From the NCBI RefSeq assembly GCF_001194135.2, contig NC_069004.1, positions 30,132,948 to 30,169,387 of the forward strand: 36,440 nucleotides of DNA, written 5' to 3'. Numbering within the stretch: the stretch's first letter is position 1; the number at the start of each line of letters is the position of its first letter. This document shows, piece after piece, positions 1 through 11,118 of the stretch. This DNA comes from Octopus bimaculoides (taxonomy: Eukaryota). The translations under genes and the position numbers were made by a program. Under the pieces are notes generated by a model. That model did not search any database. It had not been told where the DNA came from and saw only the letters and a list, made by a program, of their open reading frames with translations.

Positions 1-260
1 CAGTGGTTAGGGCAGCGGACTCGCGGTCGGAGGATCGCGGTTTCGATTCCCAGACCGGGCGTTGTGTGTGTTTATTGAATGAAAACACCTAAAAGCTCCA
101 CGAGGCTCCGGCAGGGGGTGGTGGCGACCCCTGTTGTACTCTTTCACCCCAACTTTCTCTCACTCTTTCTTCCTGTTTCTTGAGTAAAGCTGCGATGTGT
201 GGGGAACACATACGCCATAGAAACCGAGAAACCGGGCCCATGAGGCGCATAAATAAATAA
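1..260 (+). mobile_element. tRNA-derived SINE (middle module B + tail X), 5' end cut by window edge
   Basis: tRNA-like head with B-box-like GGTTTCGATTCC. Head and middle match copies at 33007 (+) and 26244 (-). Tail ATACGCCATAGAAACCGAGAAACCGGGCCCATGAG followed by (AAAT)n. Confidence 0.85.
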
Positions 261-269
261 ATTATCAAT

Positions 270-455
270 ATGGCAAGCGGTTATAAAAATCCTTAAAAAA
301 AGAAGTGCTAAAGAACATGCTTTGTTTGATCCAAAATGGTCTGAGCTTTATGTTTTTTATTGAAATAGATAAGTGCATTTGTCTTATTTGCAACAGACAC
401 GCAGCCGTTCATAAAAAATATAATATTGAAAGGCATTTTGTGAGCATGACATTAA
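270..455 (+). pseudogene. Decayed N-terminus of a hAT (Charlie/SPIN, GTF2IRD2/EPM2AIP1-like) transposase
   Basis: With frameshift correction it reads KRSAKEHALFDPKWSELY-FFIEIDKCICLICNRHAAVHKKYNIERHF. This matches the recalled F..KW...YFF.E....CLIC.......K.YN..RH zinc-finger start of Charlie-group transposases. Stops and frameshifts are present. Confidence 0.6.
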
Positions 456-599
456 AAATTCTCTAAAATCTAATACATATGTTATTTAGGTATTATCGTA
501 ATAAAAATTAAATCTGGTCTGAGCTTGATTGTTACGATTTCTCCATTAGGTTAGGCACATTTTGAAAATATATAGAGTACCTCAAAGTAATATGCCTTA

Positions 600-1120
600 A
601 ATATTGAAGAAGAAAAAAAGAAAATGGAGAAAAAAAATGGCTGTATGAATAATTTATTTGTCGGTTATAAAAATGATGAAAATTTCTTTTAAAAAACATC
701 ACTACAAATAAATTGATTACAAGTTGTAAAACTAAAACTAAAAATAAATAAATAAAGGAACATGCATATATACTTCAGTCCGATCGCCTAGTTGATTAGA
801 AGTTCTAAGCATTTGGTTAAATGCTAAGAAAGGTATCATATTCTAACTATATTGGGTCGGACTTAAGCTCATAGTTAACCCTAAAAAAGTCTTATTCCGT
901 ATAGTTAGAATACAATACCTTTCTTAGCAATTAACCAAGTGCTTATGATTGAAAAACATTTGTACGTTCTTTTATTTTATTTTTTTTTTTTAGCTTTACA
1001 ACTTGTAATCAGTTTATTTGTACGATTATGTTTTTTAAAAGATATTTTCATCATTTTATAAAATACAAATAAATTGTTCATACATCCATTTTTTCTCCAT
1101 TTTCTTTTTCCTTCGATATT
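600..1120. repeat. AT-rich nested inverted repeat (foldback/MITE-like)
   Basis: Outer arms ~600-762 and ~966-1120 are imperfect reverse complements. Inner arms 806-851 (TAAGCATTTGGTTAAATGCTAAGAAAGGTATCATATTCTAACTATA) and 900-945 pair with few mismatches. Confidence 0.8.
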
Positions 1121-1265
1121 GATAATAATATAATTTTAATAATCCCTAACATAGACCAGTGACTTTCGCATTATATAATAGAGATTAACCAGTAGAATAT
1201 CTTGAATTATATAATCCCTAATGAGGATATAACTTCCTCGAATTAACTATATATATATATATATA

Positions 1266-1661
1266 TTCTTTTATTCTTTCAATTGTTGCAGTCATTTGAC
1301 TGCAGCCATGCTGGAGCACTGCCTTAAAGAGTGTTTTTAGTCAAAAATAAGCAACCCCAGGACTTATGATTAGTAAGCCTAGTACTTATTCAATCGGACT
1401 CTTTTGCTAAACCGCTAAGTTACGGGAACATACACACACCAACATTGGTTGTCAAGCACTGATGGTGGGGAGACACTAAACATAAATATATAGATATAGA
1501 TATACACATTGCTTTCTGTTTCCGTCTACCAAATCCACTGAAGGCTTTGGTCAGCCCAAGGCTATAGTAGAAGACACTTGGCCGAGGTGCCACACTGTGG
1601 GTCTGAACAGAGAACCTTATTGTTAGAGAGCAAGCTTCTTACTACACAACCACACCTGTGC
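1266..1661 (-). mobile_element. Major SINE family A, near full-length diverged copy
   Basis: Reverse complement of the family seen at 28291-28713 (CCATGCTGGAGCAC, CCAGGACTTAT, GGCTATAGTAGAAGACACTTG, GCAAGCTTCTTAC). Confidence 0.85.
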
Positions 1662-1774
1662 ATATGCATATATATATATATATATATATATATANNNNNN
1701 NNNNATACACACACAAACACATATATACTTATACACATACACAAACACACACACACACACATAAATATATATAT

Positions 1775-1814
<40 letters not shown>

Positions 1815-2040
1815 GCAAGTAGCAGTGATTGGATATCAAAAGTAATCTGAGCAATAATCCAATCTAAATTCTAAAGTTTAAATTCTGAGGTTGAATCCAT
1901 CAACACACCTGTACTTCTCGCCCAGCTGGACCCCCAACCCCATTTCCCACACCACAACAACATTCCTATCTGGGTTTTAACCCTTCAACCATCTGTTTTA
2001 CTTCACCCTGTCTATTTCTCTTACTCCTTCAATATTCTGT

Positions 2041-2077
2041 TTCTTCTGATGAAGGGCTAATGTCCGAAACATTAAGA
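2041..2077 (+). ncRNA. Decayed minimal type I hammerhead-like motif (Penelope-type)
   Basis: TTCTT-CTGATGA-A-GGGC(TAAT)GTCC-GAAAC-ATT-AAGA. Core boxes, 4-bp stem II and 4-bp stem I are present. ACAT replaces the ACGT palindrome, consistent with CpG decay. Confidence 0.45.
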
Positions 2078-3334
2078 CACTTTCCCTTTCCATTGTAGTG
2101 TTAAGCTGATACATCACTTGTAAATCTCTGCTCCTCCCATGTTGGCTTTTATATTATTTTATATTATTTTAGTCAAAAATAAGCAACCCCAGGACTTATG
2201 AGGAGGAGGACTTTCTAGGTGCAATCCCATGGTCATTTATGATTGATGGAGTGGGGGAAGGGTCTCCTCCTCATTGCTTGGGCTCCTTCAAGCATGTATT
2301 TAAAGCCAAGTGCTATATGTTAGATTTGTATAGGAATTCAGGGCAAGGAGATTACATTTGAGTAATAATTTGCAGTTAGTTGAAGGTTTACTTAGATCTA
2401 TTCGAAATTTCTTATAAGTTTGTAATTGGAAGGGGTTAGAGGTTGGGGAAATTTAGCAGGCATCGTGGCCAGAAAGAATAACAAGGTGCCCAGTCGGACA
2501 TTATAACAGTTTTTGTCAATCTACTGCCTTCAAAAGATTGCCTGCCTATAACAGGGGTCTCTGACCACAATCAATTTAAGTCCCACTGCTTGAGGGATAA
2601 ACTGGGCAATGACTAATTTCCACCTCTTGATTGAAAGGATCTGAACTCAGAAAACAGATCCAAAATCTCAACCAGCCCATCAAGATATCCTCTCACCCTT
2701 ACTAACACCAGCCATGTGGTGGCTGCAAAACTTTTTACCCATAAGATATCTTCCATTTACCACCCACTAAGTCAGTTGAAACATAATGAATTACATAAGC
2801 CTTACGTGTATTATAATCATGGTACCCTACCTCCCATCCACCCTGGTGGTGGTTGTGGTGGTGGGATACCACTACATAGCCACCTGTAATATATTAAACT
2901 ACATAGGTTTATCTGACAATGTGGAACCAGTAGGAGGAGTGGGGGAGTAGGAGCGAGGGGTAGGGAGCAGGGTAGATATGCTGTTGTCTTGGTGCAGTAG
3001 AGGTGGGTGGCAGTACGAAAACAGCCACATTCACAGACATAGGCAGGAGGTATTCAATCGTTTGGGAATGAAAAGAATTCTTAAGATATCTTAGCTGGTG
3101 GTGGTGGTGGTACAGGNNNNNNNNNNNNNNNNNNNNNNNNNNNNNNNNNNNNNNNNNNNNNNNNNNNNNNNNNNNNNNNNNNNNNNNNNNNNNNNNNNNN
3201 NNNNNNNNNNNNNNNNNNNNNNNNNNNNNNNNNNNNNNNNNNNNNNNNNNNGGACGAGGGAGTGGGGTGGAAGGCAGGGTGAAGAAATCAAAAGCAAAAA
3301 AAAAATATCTAACTGTAAAGAAGCGGATTAGCAG

Positions 3335-4085
3335 GTGCTTGTTATCACCATCTTCACCACCACCACCACCAACAACAACAACATAACCATCGTCGTGGGC
3401 TTCTTCCTTTACCTTTATCATCACTGCCATTGCCACAGATACCATCACCTTTATCTTGGCTTTCATCACCACCACCACCAAAATCCGTCCCCATCCCTAT
3501 CACTAACATCAACATCATCAACACCACTATCATCATCAGTACAATCACCATTGCCATCTCCACCACTATCATCATCATCATCCCTATTGCCATCATCATC
3601 CTCTCCGTCATTTGCCTCCCTCCACCGCTACTACCAACTCCACCACCACCANNNNNNNNNNATCCTCTCCGTCATTTGCCTCCCTCCACCGCTACTACCA
3701 ACTCCACCACCACCACCGTCACAGATACTACCATCACCCCTATTGCTGTCATCATTATCCCCATCATCCCCTACCCCGCCACAGCTATTACCATCTCCCA
3801 ACACCACCATCCCGCCATCACTACCGTAATCTGCACCACCATCCCCAACCATCACCAGCACCACTGCACCATCACAAACATCAATGTCACCATTACATAC
3901 ATCCCCGCCATAGACATCAAACATTAGCACTAACAGTCACCATACCACCACCACCGTCATCATCATCATCATCACCCTTCACCATCATCATCATCATGAT
4001 CACCCTATCTCTACAGACATTGCTACCAATATCATCATCATAACCGTCATCACCATTATTGTTATCATCAGCCTCGTTATCACCA
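3335..4085. repeat. (CAC/CAT)n-rich low-complexity tract
   Basis: Degenerate CAC, CAT and AAC triplet runs produce the poly-His/Thr/Pro ORFs. Confidence 0.9.
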
Positions 4086-4596
4086 TCCAGACATCGTTAG
4101 TCAGTGGTGCATGCTGACGGTAATGATCAGAAAGTTATTTTAATAATGAGAAAAGGGTAAGAAAAAGAAAACAAAAAAACAAAACACAAACAATATATAA
4201 AAAGTAAAAGAAAAAGAATAACTAACAATGTTTCCATGGTGATGATGGTATGGCTAGCTGGTCTATGGTAGTGATGGTGGTGGTAGAGATGCACATTGAA
4301 ATATATGTGTGTAGATATATTTATCCACTCATTCATTCAGACAGAAACATAAATATTAGGTATGTGTAATTGTATACAAACAAAAATGTATACACGCCTG
4401 GGTGCAATGGACATCTATATCTTCCTCTTACATATATATATATATATATATACATGATGCATGTGTATGCACGTGCATGTATACACACGTGTATATATGT
4501 GGTTTGTGTCTGAAGAATATGTTTGTGCTCTCTCAACATCTGAAACTATTAGTAGCGCTTTAATACATGTATTGCGATCTTTAAATATCAAATTGT

Positions 4597-4643
4597 CCAA
4601 CCCATGCTAGCATGGAAAGCGGACGTTAAACGATGATGATGAT
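4597..4643 (+). mobile_element. Isolated RTE-type 3' tail
   Basis: GTCCAACCCATGCTAGCATGGAAAGCGGACGTTAAACGATGATGATGAT, the same tail as at 8450-8495 and 5396-5440 (-). Confidence 0.8.
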
Positions 4644-5395
4644 AAGTGTGTGTGTGTAAGCAGTTATTAAAGGGTTGACCGTCTGGAAATATTTTTATAA
4701 ATTCATGTTCTAAGAAATTTCCTATAATTTCGATTTCTCAAGTTTATTGAATTTTTCAACTCCAATTTCTCGCAAATTTAAATATTCATTGCATTCACTG
4801 CATCCAATTATTCACAAATTTAAATATTCATTGCATTCACTGCAGAGTATTCCATTTTCATTTGCAAAGTCTCTCACTTTCTCTTTTAACGTTGTCATTT
4901 CAAGTTTTAATTCGCTATTTGGAAAACCAACAGTTTATTCTATTAATGTATATGTAATAACATTATTTATTGAATGAAAATTTTTAAAAAATACCCGTAT
5001 AATTTTTGTAACACAATTTTGTTGTTATGGCTGTTTGAAATGCTATAAGCCTTAGAATAAATAACTGACTGGACTGATTTTGTCCATTTTCCTTTTTAAC
5101 TTAAAAACCATGGGAGGAGCCTTTTTGGTAAAAAAATTGTATTTTCAGAGGCAAAGGTGAGCAATTCAAGGGAGATTTCACTGTTGTTTCTAGCACAACC
5201 CAAACCACTCTCCCTTTTCACTCTCACATGTATTGATGTTTTTTTTCAATCATTTTCTCCCACTAAACACATTTTATGGAATGATGATGCTGAAGTAACA
5301 CACGCATGGTCCATTGGTGGACTATAAGCAACAAAATGAATTGTAATCTAAATTTTTACCCCCACCTCAATTAAGGGAAGCTGTGTGTGTGTGTG

Positions 5396-5550
5396 TCATC
5401 ATCATCATCATCGTTTAATGTCCGCTTTCCATGCTAGCATGGGTTGGATGATTTGACTGAGGACTGGTGAAACCGGATGGCAACACCAGGCTCCAATCTG
5501 ATTTGGCAGAGTTTCTACAGCTGGATGCCCTTCCTAACGCCAACCACTCA
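5396..5550 (-). mobile_element. RTE-tailed SINE, 3' part
   Basis: (CAT)n, then CCGCTTTCCATGCTAGCATGGGTTGGA ... CTGGATGCCCTTCCTAACGCCAACCACTC. Reverse complement of the 8340-8495 segment. Confidence 0.85.
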
Positions 5551-6198
5551 AGAAAATATATTTCCTAACCGAAAACATTAATACATGCGAGAGTGATAAA
5601 CAAGGAGGGTTGTCTTTGGATGTGCTAGAAACAACAGCCAAATCGCCCTTAAATCACTCACTTTTCCCTCTGAAAATATTAATTTCTATGCTGTTTGAAA
5701 GGGATTTGTATAAACTTTCATTAAAAGATACCCATTTTCCTGAAAGTTATGAGGGGAAAAAAAGTCAGATTATGTGAATTTTCCAAAAATTCCTTTCTCC
5801 AACCCCTCGAAAAAATTCTTTCCCATAAATCCCTATATACTCTAAAGCCATAACATCTAAGTGGTATTTGTAGAAAATTTTGTTAAGTATCCATATTTCT
5901 GGATGTCATAAGGCAACAAATTTGGGGCGTATACATCTGTGGTAATGCCCTTTTATTTATATGATTTTTTCATTTCATATTAATTTCATTCATTAATTGC
6001 AATGTTCNNNNNNNNNNNNNNNNNNNNNNNNNNNNNNNNNNNNNNNNNNNNNNNNNNNNNNNNNNNNNNNNNNNNNNNNNNNNNNNNNNNNNNNNNNNNN
6101 NNNNNNNNNNNNNNNNNNNNNNNNNNNNNNNNNNNNNNNNNNNNNNNNNNNNNNNNNNNNNNNNNNNNNNNNNNNNNNNNNNNNNNNNNNNNNNNNNN

Positions 6199-6552
6199 TA
6201 TATATATATATATATATATACACACATGTAAATGTATATATACATACATATGTATATACACATGTGTATGCATATATATATATGTATATATACATGTATA
6301 TGCATATATACATATGTATATACACATGTATATGCATATATACATATGTAGGTGTATATATAAACGTATGTGTATATATGCACACATATATGTGTGTATA
6401 TATTATATATATAGTACATATATTTATATATATGGATGTACACTTGAGTATGTATATGTACATATTCTCAAGACAGATCAAAATACATCCCAATGTAAAT
6501 ATCACCATGTGTGAGTATATATACATATGTGTGTGTGTGTGTGTGTGTGTGT
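6199..6552. repeat. (TA/CA/TG)n compound microsatellite
   Basis: Alternating purine-pyrimidine dinucleotide runs next to an N gap. Confidence 0.9.
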
Positions 6553-6589
6553 CTAACATTACCATTTTACATCCGTTTTCTAAGTTGGC

Positions 6590-6745
6590 ATCGATTGGAC
6601 TGTTTTGACAGGATCCGACAAGTGGGAGGAACATGTTGTGCTCCAATGTCTGTTTTGGCATTGTTTCCAATGGCTGGATGCCCTGCCTAAGGCCAACCAC
6701 TGAGTGCTTTTGCAGGGGGGGGGGTTTCATTGCACCAGCATTTGT
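6590..6745 (-). mobile_element. Diverged RTE-tailed SINE fragment
   Basis: GCTGGATGCCCTGCCTAAGGCCAACCACT matches the reverse complement of the AGGAAGGGCATCCAGC core. Confidence 0.6.
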
Positions 6746-6799
6746 AAGGTCACCTTGTAACTTGCAAAAGGTAAAGAGGCTCCACCAACAGAAAAAAAG

Positions 6800-7045
6800 A
6801 AAGATGAATAGGAGAGGAGGTGTTAAGAGAGGATGGATTGATGGGGGAATGAGAGAGAGATAGATAGATAGGGGGAATTAGTGAGAGAGAGAGATAGGGG
6901 GAATGATAGAGAGAGGGGGATGAGAGGAGGGGTGAGAGAGGGGGAATGAGAGAGAGGAAAGAGGTGTGATAAGGGGAGAGAGAGGGTGGGAGAGGGGGAG
7001 AGAGAGAAAGGAAAGAGGTGTGATAAGGGGAGAGAGAGGGTGGGA
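6800..7045 (+). repeat. Purine-rich (GA)n low-complexity tract
   Basis: Almost only G/A on the + strand, with a short duplicated unit GGAAAGAGGTGTGATAAGGGGAGAGAGAGGGTGGGAGA. Confidence 0.85.
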
Positions 7046-7789
7046 GATATTGCCAGGCATCTTTCCTGCTCAGTGATATTTACACATCCAACGAAGGACA
7101 CTTTCNNNNNNNNNNNNNNNNNNNNNNNNNNNNNNNNNNNNNNNNNNNNNNNNNNNNNNNNNNNNNNNNNNNNNNNNNNNNNNNNNNNNNNNNNNNNNNN
7201 NNNNNNNNNNNNNNNNNNNNNNNNNNNNNNNNNNNNNNNNNNNNNNNNNNNNNNNNNNNNNNNNNNNNNNNNNNNNNNNNNNNNNNNNNNNNNNNNNNNN
7301 NNNNNNNNNNNNNNNNNNNNNNNNNNNNNNNNNNNNNNNNNNNNNNNNNNNNNNNNNNNNNNNNNNNNNNNNNNNNNNNNNNNNNNNNNNNNNNNNNNNN
7401 NNNNNNNNNNNNNNNNNNNNNNNNNNNNNNNNNNNNNNNNNNNNNNNNNNNNNNNNNNNNNNNNNNNNNNNNNNNNNNNNNNNNNNNNNNNNNNNNNNNN
7501 NNNNNNNNNNNNNNNNNNNNNNNNNNNNNNNNNNNNNNNNNNNNNNNNNNNNNNNNNNNNNNNNNNNNNNNNNNNNNNNNNNNNNNNNNNNNNNNNNNNN
7601 NNNNNNNNNNNNNNNNNNNNNNNNNNNNNNNNNNNNNNNNNNNNNNNNNNNNNNNNNNNNNNNNNNNNNNNNNNNNNNCAGTAGCCCTCTGAACTTTTCC
7701 CCAACTTGGTCTTACTCAGGCCACTATACTCTCATAGCAATCATCTCCACTGCTAATTTGGTCACTGCAATAACAAACTATTGGCTACT

Positions 7790-7860
7790 TTTAGAGTGCC
7801 TTCTGGGCAGCCAAGAGGATCTGTTTCCTGGGTGCTCATCTTGTTTAATGTTTCAGTACA
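7790..7860 (+). pseudogene. Possible tiny fossil of a non-LTR reverse transcriptase motif
   Basis: Reads RVPSGQPRGSVSWVLILFNV, resembling the V.SGVPQGSVLGPILFN RT motif. Short and degenerate. Confidence 0.3.
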
Positions 7861-8175
7861 CCTCCTGTATATGAAGGCTACCTCAGTTGTTATTTAGTAA
7901 AAACAAAAAAAAAACAAAAAAAAAAAAAAGAAAGAAAAGTACAGCTTTGAGGTGTGGAAAATATAACATTTCAGACAAAGTCCTTCACCAGGTATACGTT
8001 TGAAAGGAGTTTTACATCCTCTCAGTCAGAAACCACCTGGTCCCAGATTCATTCTGATTGCGTGGCTCTTTGGACAGGCACCTTCTACTATTGCCTTGGG
8101 CTGACTAAAGCTTTACAAGTGGATTTGGTAGATGGAAACAAAAAAAATATCGCTGACGTGGCCAATGACAGTACT

Positions 8176-8495
8176 GCCAATTGGCACTCGTGGTAGTGGA
8201 ACGTTAAAAGCACATCTGAGTATGATCGTTGCCAAGGCCACAGATTGGCTCCCATGCTGGTGACACATTCGAGCATGATCATTGCCAGAACTGCCTGACT
8301 GGCTCTCGTGCTGGTGGCACATAAAAAGCACCCACTACACTCTGGGACTGGTTGGTGTTAGGAAGGGCATCCAGCAGTAGAAACATTGCCAGACCAGATT
8401 GAGCCTGGTGTAGCCATCTGGCTTGCCAGTCCGCAGTCAAACCGTCCAACCCATGCCAGCATGGAAAGCAGACATTAAACAATGATGATGATGAT
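8176..8495 (+). mobile_element. RTE-tailed SINE with internal tandem subunits
   Basis: Repeated GAG..TGATC.TTGCCA..GCTGGTG subunits, a GGTTGGTGTTAGGAAGGGCATCCAGC core (recalled as Meta-SINE-like, unverified), and an RTE-type tail ending in (GAT)n. Confidence 0.8.
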
Positions 8496-8587
8496 AACTG
8501 AAGCCATTTCATTCAACTACAAATTCTTTAAGGCAGAGCCTCAGCATAACTGAAGTCTAAGGACTGAGACAAGTAAAAGATAATATA

Positions 8588-8697
8588 ATGACAGGCTTCT
8601 TTCAGTTTCCATCTACCAAATCCACTCACAAGGCTGATGCCAAGCAGTGTGACTGAACCAGAAACCATGTGATTGGAAAGCAAACTTTTAAACACAT
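8588..8697 (-). mobile_element. SINE family A, 5' part with deletion
   Basis: GGCTTCTTTCAGTTTCCATCTACCAAATCCACTCACAAGGCT ... AACCATGTG. Confidence 0.75.
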
Positions 8698-8747
8698 AAT
8701 TATATCTCTGCCTATTACATACATACACATATACATACACACACATA

Positions 8748-9120
8748 GGCGCAAGCATGGCTGTGTGGTAAGAAGCTTGCTTCCCAACCACATGGTTCCG
8801 GGTTCAGTCCCACTGCGTGGCACCTTGGGCAAGTGTCTTCTACCATAGCCTCGGGCCGACCAAAGCTTTGTGAGTGGATTTGGTATATCTGTCGCATGAG
8901 TGTGTGCTTGTCCCCCCCCACCACCATCGCTTGACAACCGATGTTGGTGCCTTTGCATCCCCTTAACTTAGTGGTTTGGCAAAAGAGACCGACGGAATAA
9001 GTACTGGGCTTACAAAGAACAAGTCCTGAGGTTGATTTCTTCGACTAGGAGACCCTTTAAGGCTGTGCTCTAGCATGGCCACAATCAAAAATGACTGCAG
9101 CAAGTAAAAGAATAAAAGAA
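8748..9120 (+). mobile_element. SINE family A, full-length
   Basis: Head GGCGCAAGCATGGCTGTGTGGTAAG ... GGTTCAGTCCCAC, body GGCACCTTGGGCAAGTGTCTTCTAC, tail AAGTAAAAGAATAAAAG. Confidence 0.9.
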
Positions 9121-9153
<33 letters not shown>

Positions 9154-9650
9154 CACACAAGAAAACTAGAAGATAAAATGGCAAATGATGAAATAACTGT
9201 TGGCAGTAAAAGAAAAGAAAAAAAAAGAAAAAGAAAAACCGAAAGAGAAAAAGAAAAGAAAACAACAGTGAGACGGCATGGGTGGGTGGGGGTAGGAAGG
9301 CATCAAGAATGAAATATTGCAGCTGCGGATTGTTGGTTGTAGGTAGATGTGAGGTTCTCTGGGGAGATGCATGGATATAGTATGGTGAATTTAATTAACA
9401 ACTGTTGCCAAAGCTACTACAACAACAACAACAGCCACGCCAATAATTTTTAATAATAACAGCCACAACAAGAACAAGCATGAATCTTCATTCGTACATG
9501 TGTCTATGTATCGTGTGTGTGTATGTGTATGTATGCGTGTGTATGCATATAAGTGTGTGTGTATATATATATGTGCATGTATGTATGTGTGTGTGTGCAT
9601 ATATATGTGTGTGTGTGTGCATATATGTGTGTGTGTGTGTGTGTGTATAT

Positions 9651-9840
9651 ACTCTTTTACTTGTTGCAGTCAAGGCCATGCTGGAGTACCACCTTGAAGG
9701 GTTTAGTGAAACATAACTCTGGGATTTACTTCTTATGCCAAGTACTTATTCCAGTCTCTTTTGTCGAACTGCTAAGTTATAGGGATGTAAACACACCAAC
9801 ACCAGTAGTCAAGTGGTGATGGGAGGACAAATCCAGACAA
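9651..9840 (-). mobile_element. SINE family A, 3' half
   Basis: CTCTTTTACTTGTTGCAGTC..GGCCATGCTGGAG ... ACACCAACACC. Abuts the mariner remnant. Confidence 0.8.
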
Positions 9841-9861
9841 AGATACACGCACATATATATA

Positions 9862-10430
9862 GACAAGGTCTGACCAATAAGTATCCAGACTGTTGCCATA
9901 GTAACGAAGCTGGAGGACATAGGGTCAAGCCGCTTGGCACAGATTCACCTTGATCTCTGATATGCATGCGCGCAAAGTTTAAACATTCCAGCTCACTCTT
10001 GCTGTTTACAGCAGTGCTTGGAAGGAAGGTGTGTAGCGTGTGATCGTCGCATTGTCCTTGAGAAAGAAAGTTGTCATGGTGATACCTGCTTAGAAGCCTA
10101 CGCAAAGTTGCAGAAAGTGCATGGGGAAGAGTGTATGTGCTGCACACAAGTGTACAAGTCATTCAGACATTTCTAAGATGACCGAAAAAATGTCGATATT
10201 GACGAATGTTCTGTGAGACCTGCAACCAGCAGAACTGAGAAAAACATCGCAGATGTGTGTGCCGCTGTGAGGGGAAAATCGTCGTCTCATCATCCGTGAG
10301 TTATCAGAGGATGTGCAGATTAGCTATGGTTCAATTCAGTCCATTATCAATGAAGATTTGGGTATGAGACACATGTCTGCCAAGTTTGTGTCGAAACTGC
10401 TTTCAGCTGACCAAAATGACCCTATGCAAA
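9862..10430 (+). mobile_element. Mariner (Tc1/mariner) remnant: left end plus decayed transposase N-terminus
   Basis: Starts ACAAGGTCTGACCAATAAGTATCCAGAC (TIR-like). From 10078: GDTCLEAYAKLQKVHGEECMCCTQVYKSFRHF*DDRKNVDIDECSVRPATSRTEKNIADV, then after a frameshift NRRLIIRELSEDVQISYGSIQSIINEDLGMRHMSAKFVSKLLSADQ. This fits the mariner HTH domains and the WVPHEL-equivalent (FVPKLL) motif. Confidence 0.9.
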
Positions 10431-10479
10431 CAGCCCCAAAACAGCAGGGCACCTTGCTTGACATTAAAAGAGTTCTTGT

Positions 10480-10560
10480 CAATCTGTTTTATTGAACCCT
10501 CAAAGGATGAAAGGTAAAGTGGACTTCAGTGGGATTTGATCTTAGAAAACAGGGAATTGG
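10480..10560 (-). mobile_element. SINE family B fragment
   Basis: GAACCCTCAAAGGATGAAAGGTAAAGTGGAC is the reverse complement of the GTCGACTTTGCCTTTCATCCTTTCGGGG core. Confidence 0.6.
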
Positions 10561-10652
10561 AACAAATAATGCTCTAATACTGTTAGAACTTCACCAATTC
10601 TCTTCTTTCTCTTTCTTTGTATGAATGTATGTGCGTGTGTGTCTACATATGT

Positions 10653-10850
10653 GTGTGTAAATATATATACGTGTATGTGTGTGTAAATATATATACGTGG
10701 ATGAGTGTGTAAATATATATACGTGGATGAGTGTGTAAATATATATACGTGGATGAGTGTGTAAATATATATACGTGGATGAGTGTGTAAATGTATATAC
10801 GTGTGTATGAGCGTGTAAATATATATATACGTATGTGTGTGTAAATGTAT
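10653..10850. repeat. 26-bp minisatellite, about 7 copies
   Basis: Unit GTGTGTAAATATATATACGTGGATGA, exact at 10679, 10705, 10731 and 10757, degenerate at the flanks. Confidence 0.9.
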
Positions 10851-11118
10851 ATATGTGTGTATGTAAGTATATATATGTGTTTGTGTATGTGAGGGTAAAT
10901 ATATGCGTGCATGTATGTGTGTGGTGTGTGTGTGTGTGTATGTGTAAATGCATATGTTTGTAAATATGTGTGTGAGTGGATATGTGTGCGTGTGCATGTG
11001 CGAGTGTGCTTATGTGTGTGCATGCATGTGCGTGTGTGCGTGTGTTTAGAGTAATACAGTTTAGATGAAGCATTGTGTGACAGAATAAATGTTTTTTATG
11101 TTTCTGAAAAAAAAAAAA

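Noticed and set aside
3598-3715. Exact 54-bp direct repeat (3598-3651 and 3662-3715)
   Set aside because: The copies sit on either side of a 10-N gap, most likely overlapping contig ends rather than a real duplication.
5160-5660. 16-bp exact inverted repeat CTGTTGTTTCTAGCAC / GTGCTAGAAACAACAG as transposon TIRs
   Set aside because: No TSD was found, and similarity fades on both sides. More likely two fragments of another interspersed repeat in opposite orientation.
10653-10850. Regularly spaced 26-bp repeats as a CRISPR array
   Set aside because: Units are head-to-tail with no unique spacers, the context is eukaryotic and there are no cas genes. It is a minisatellite.
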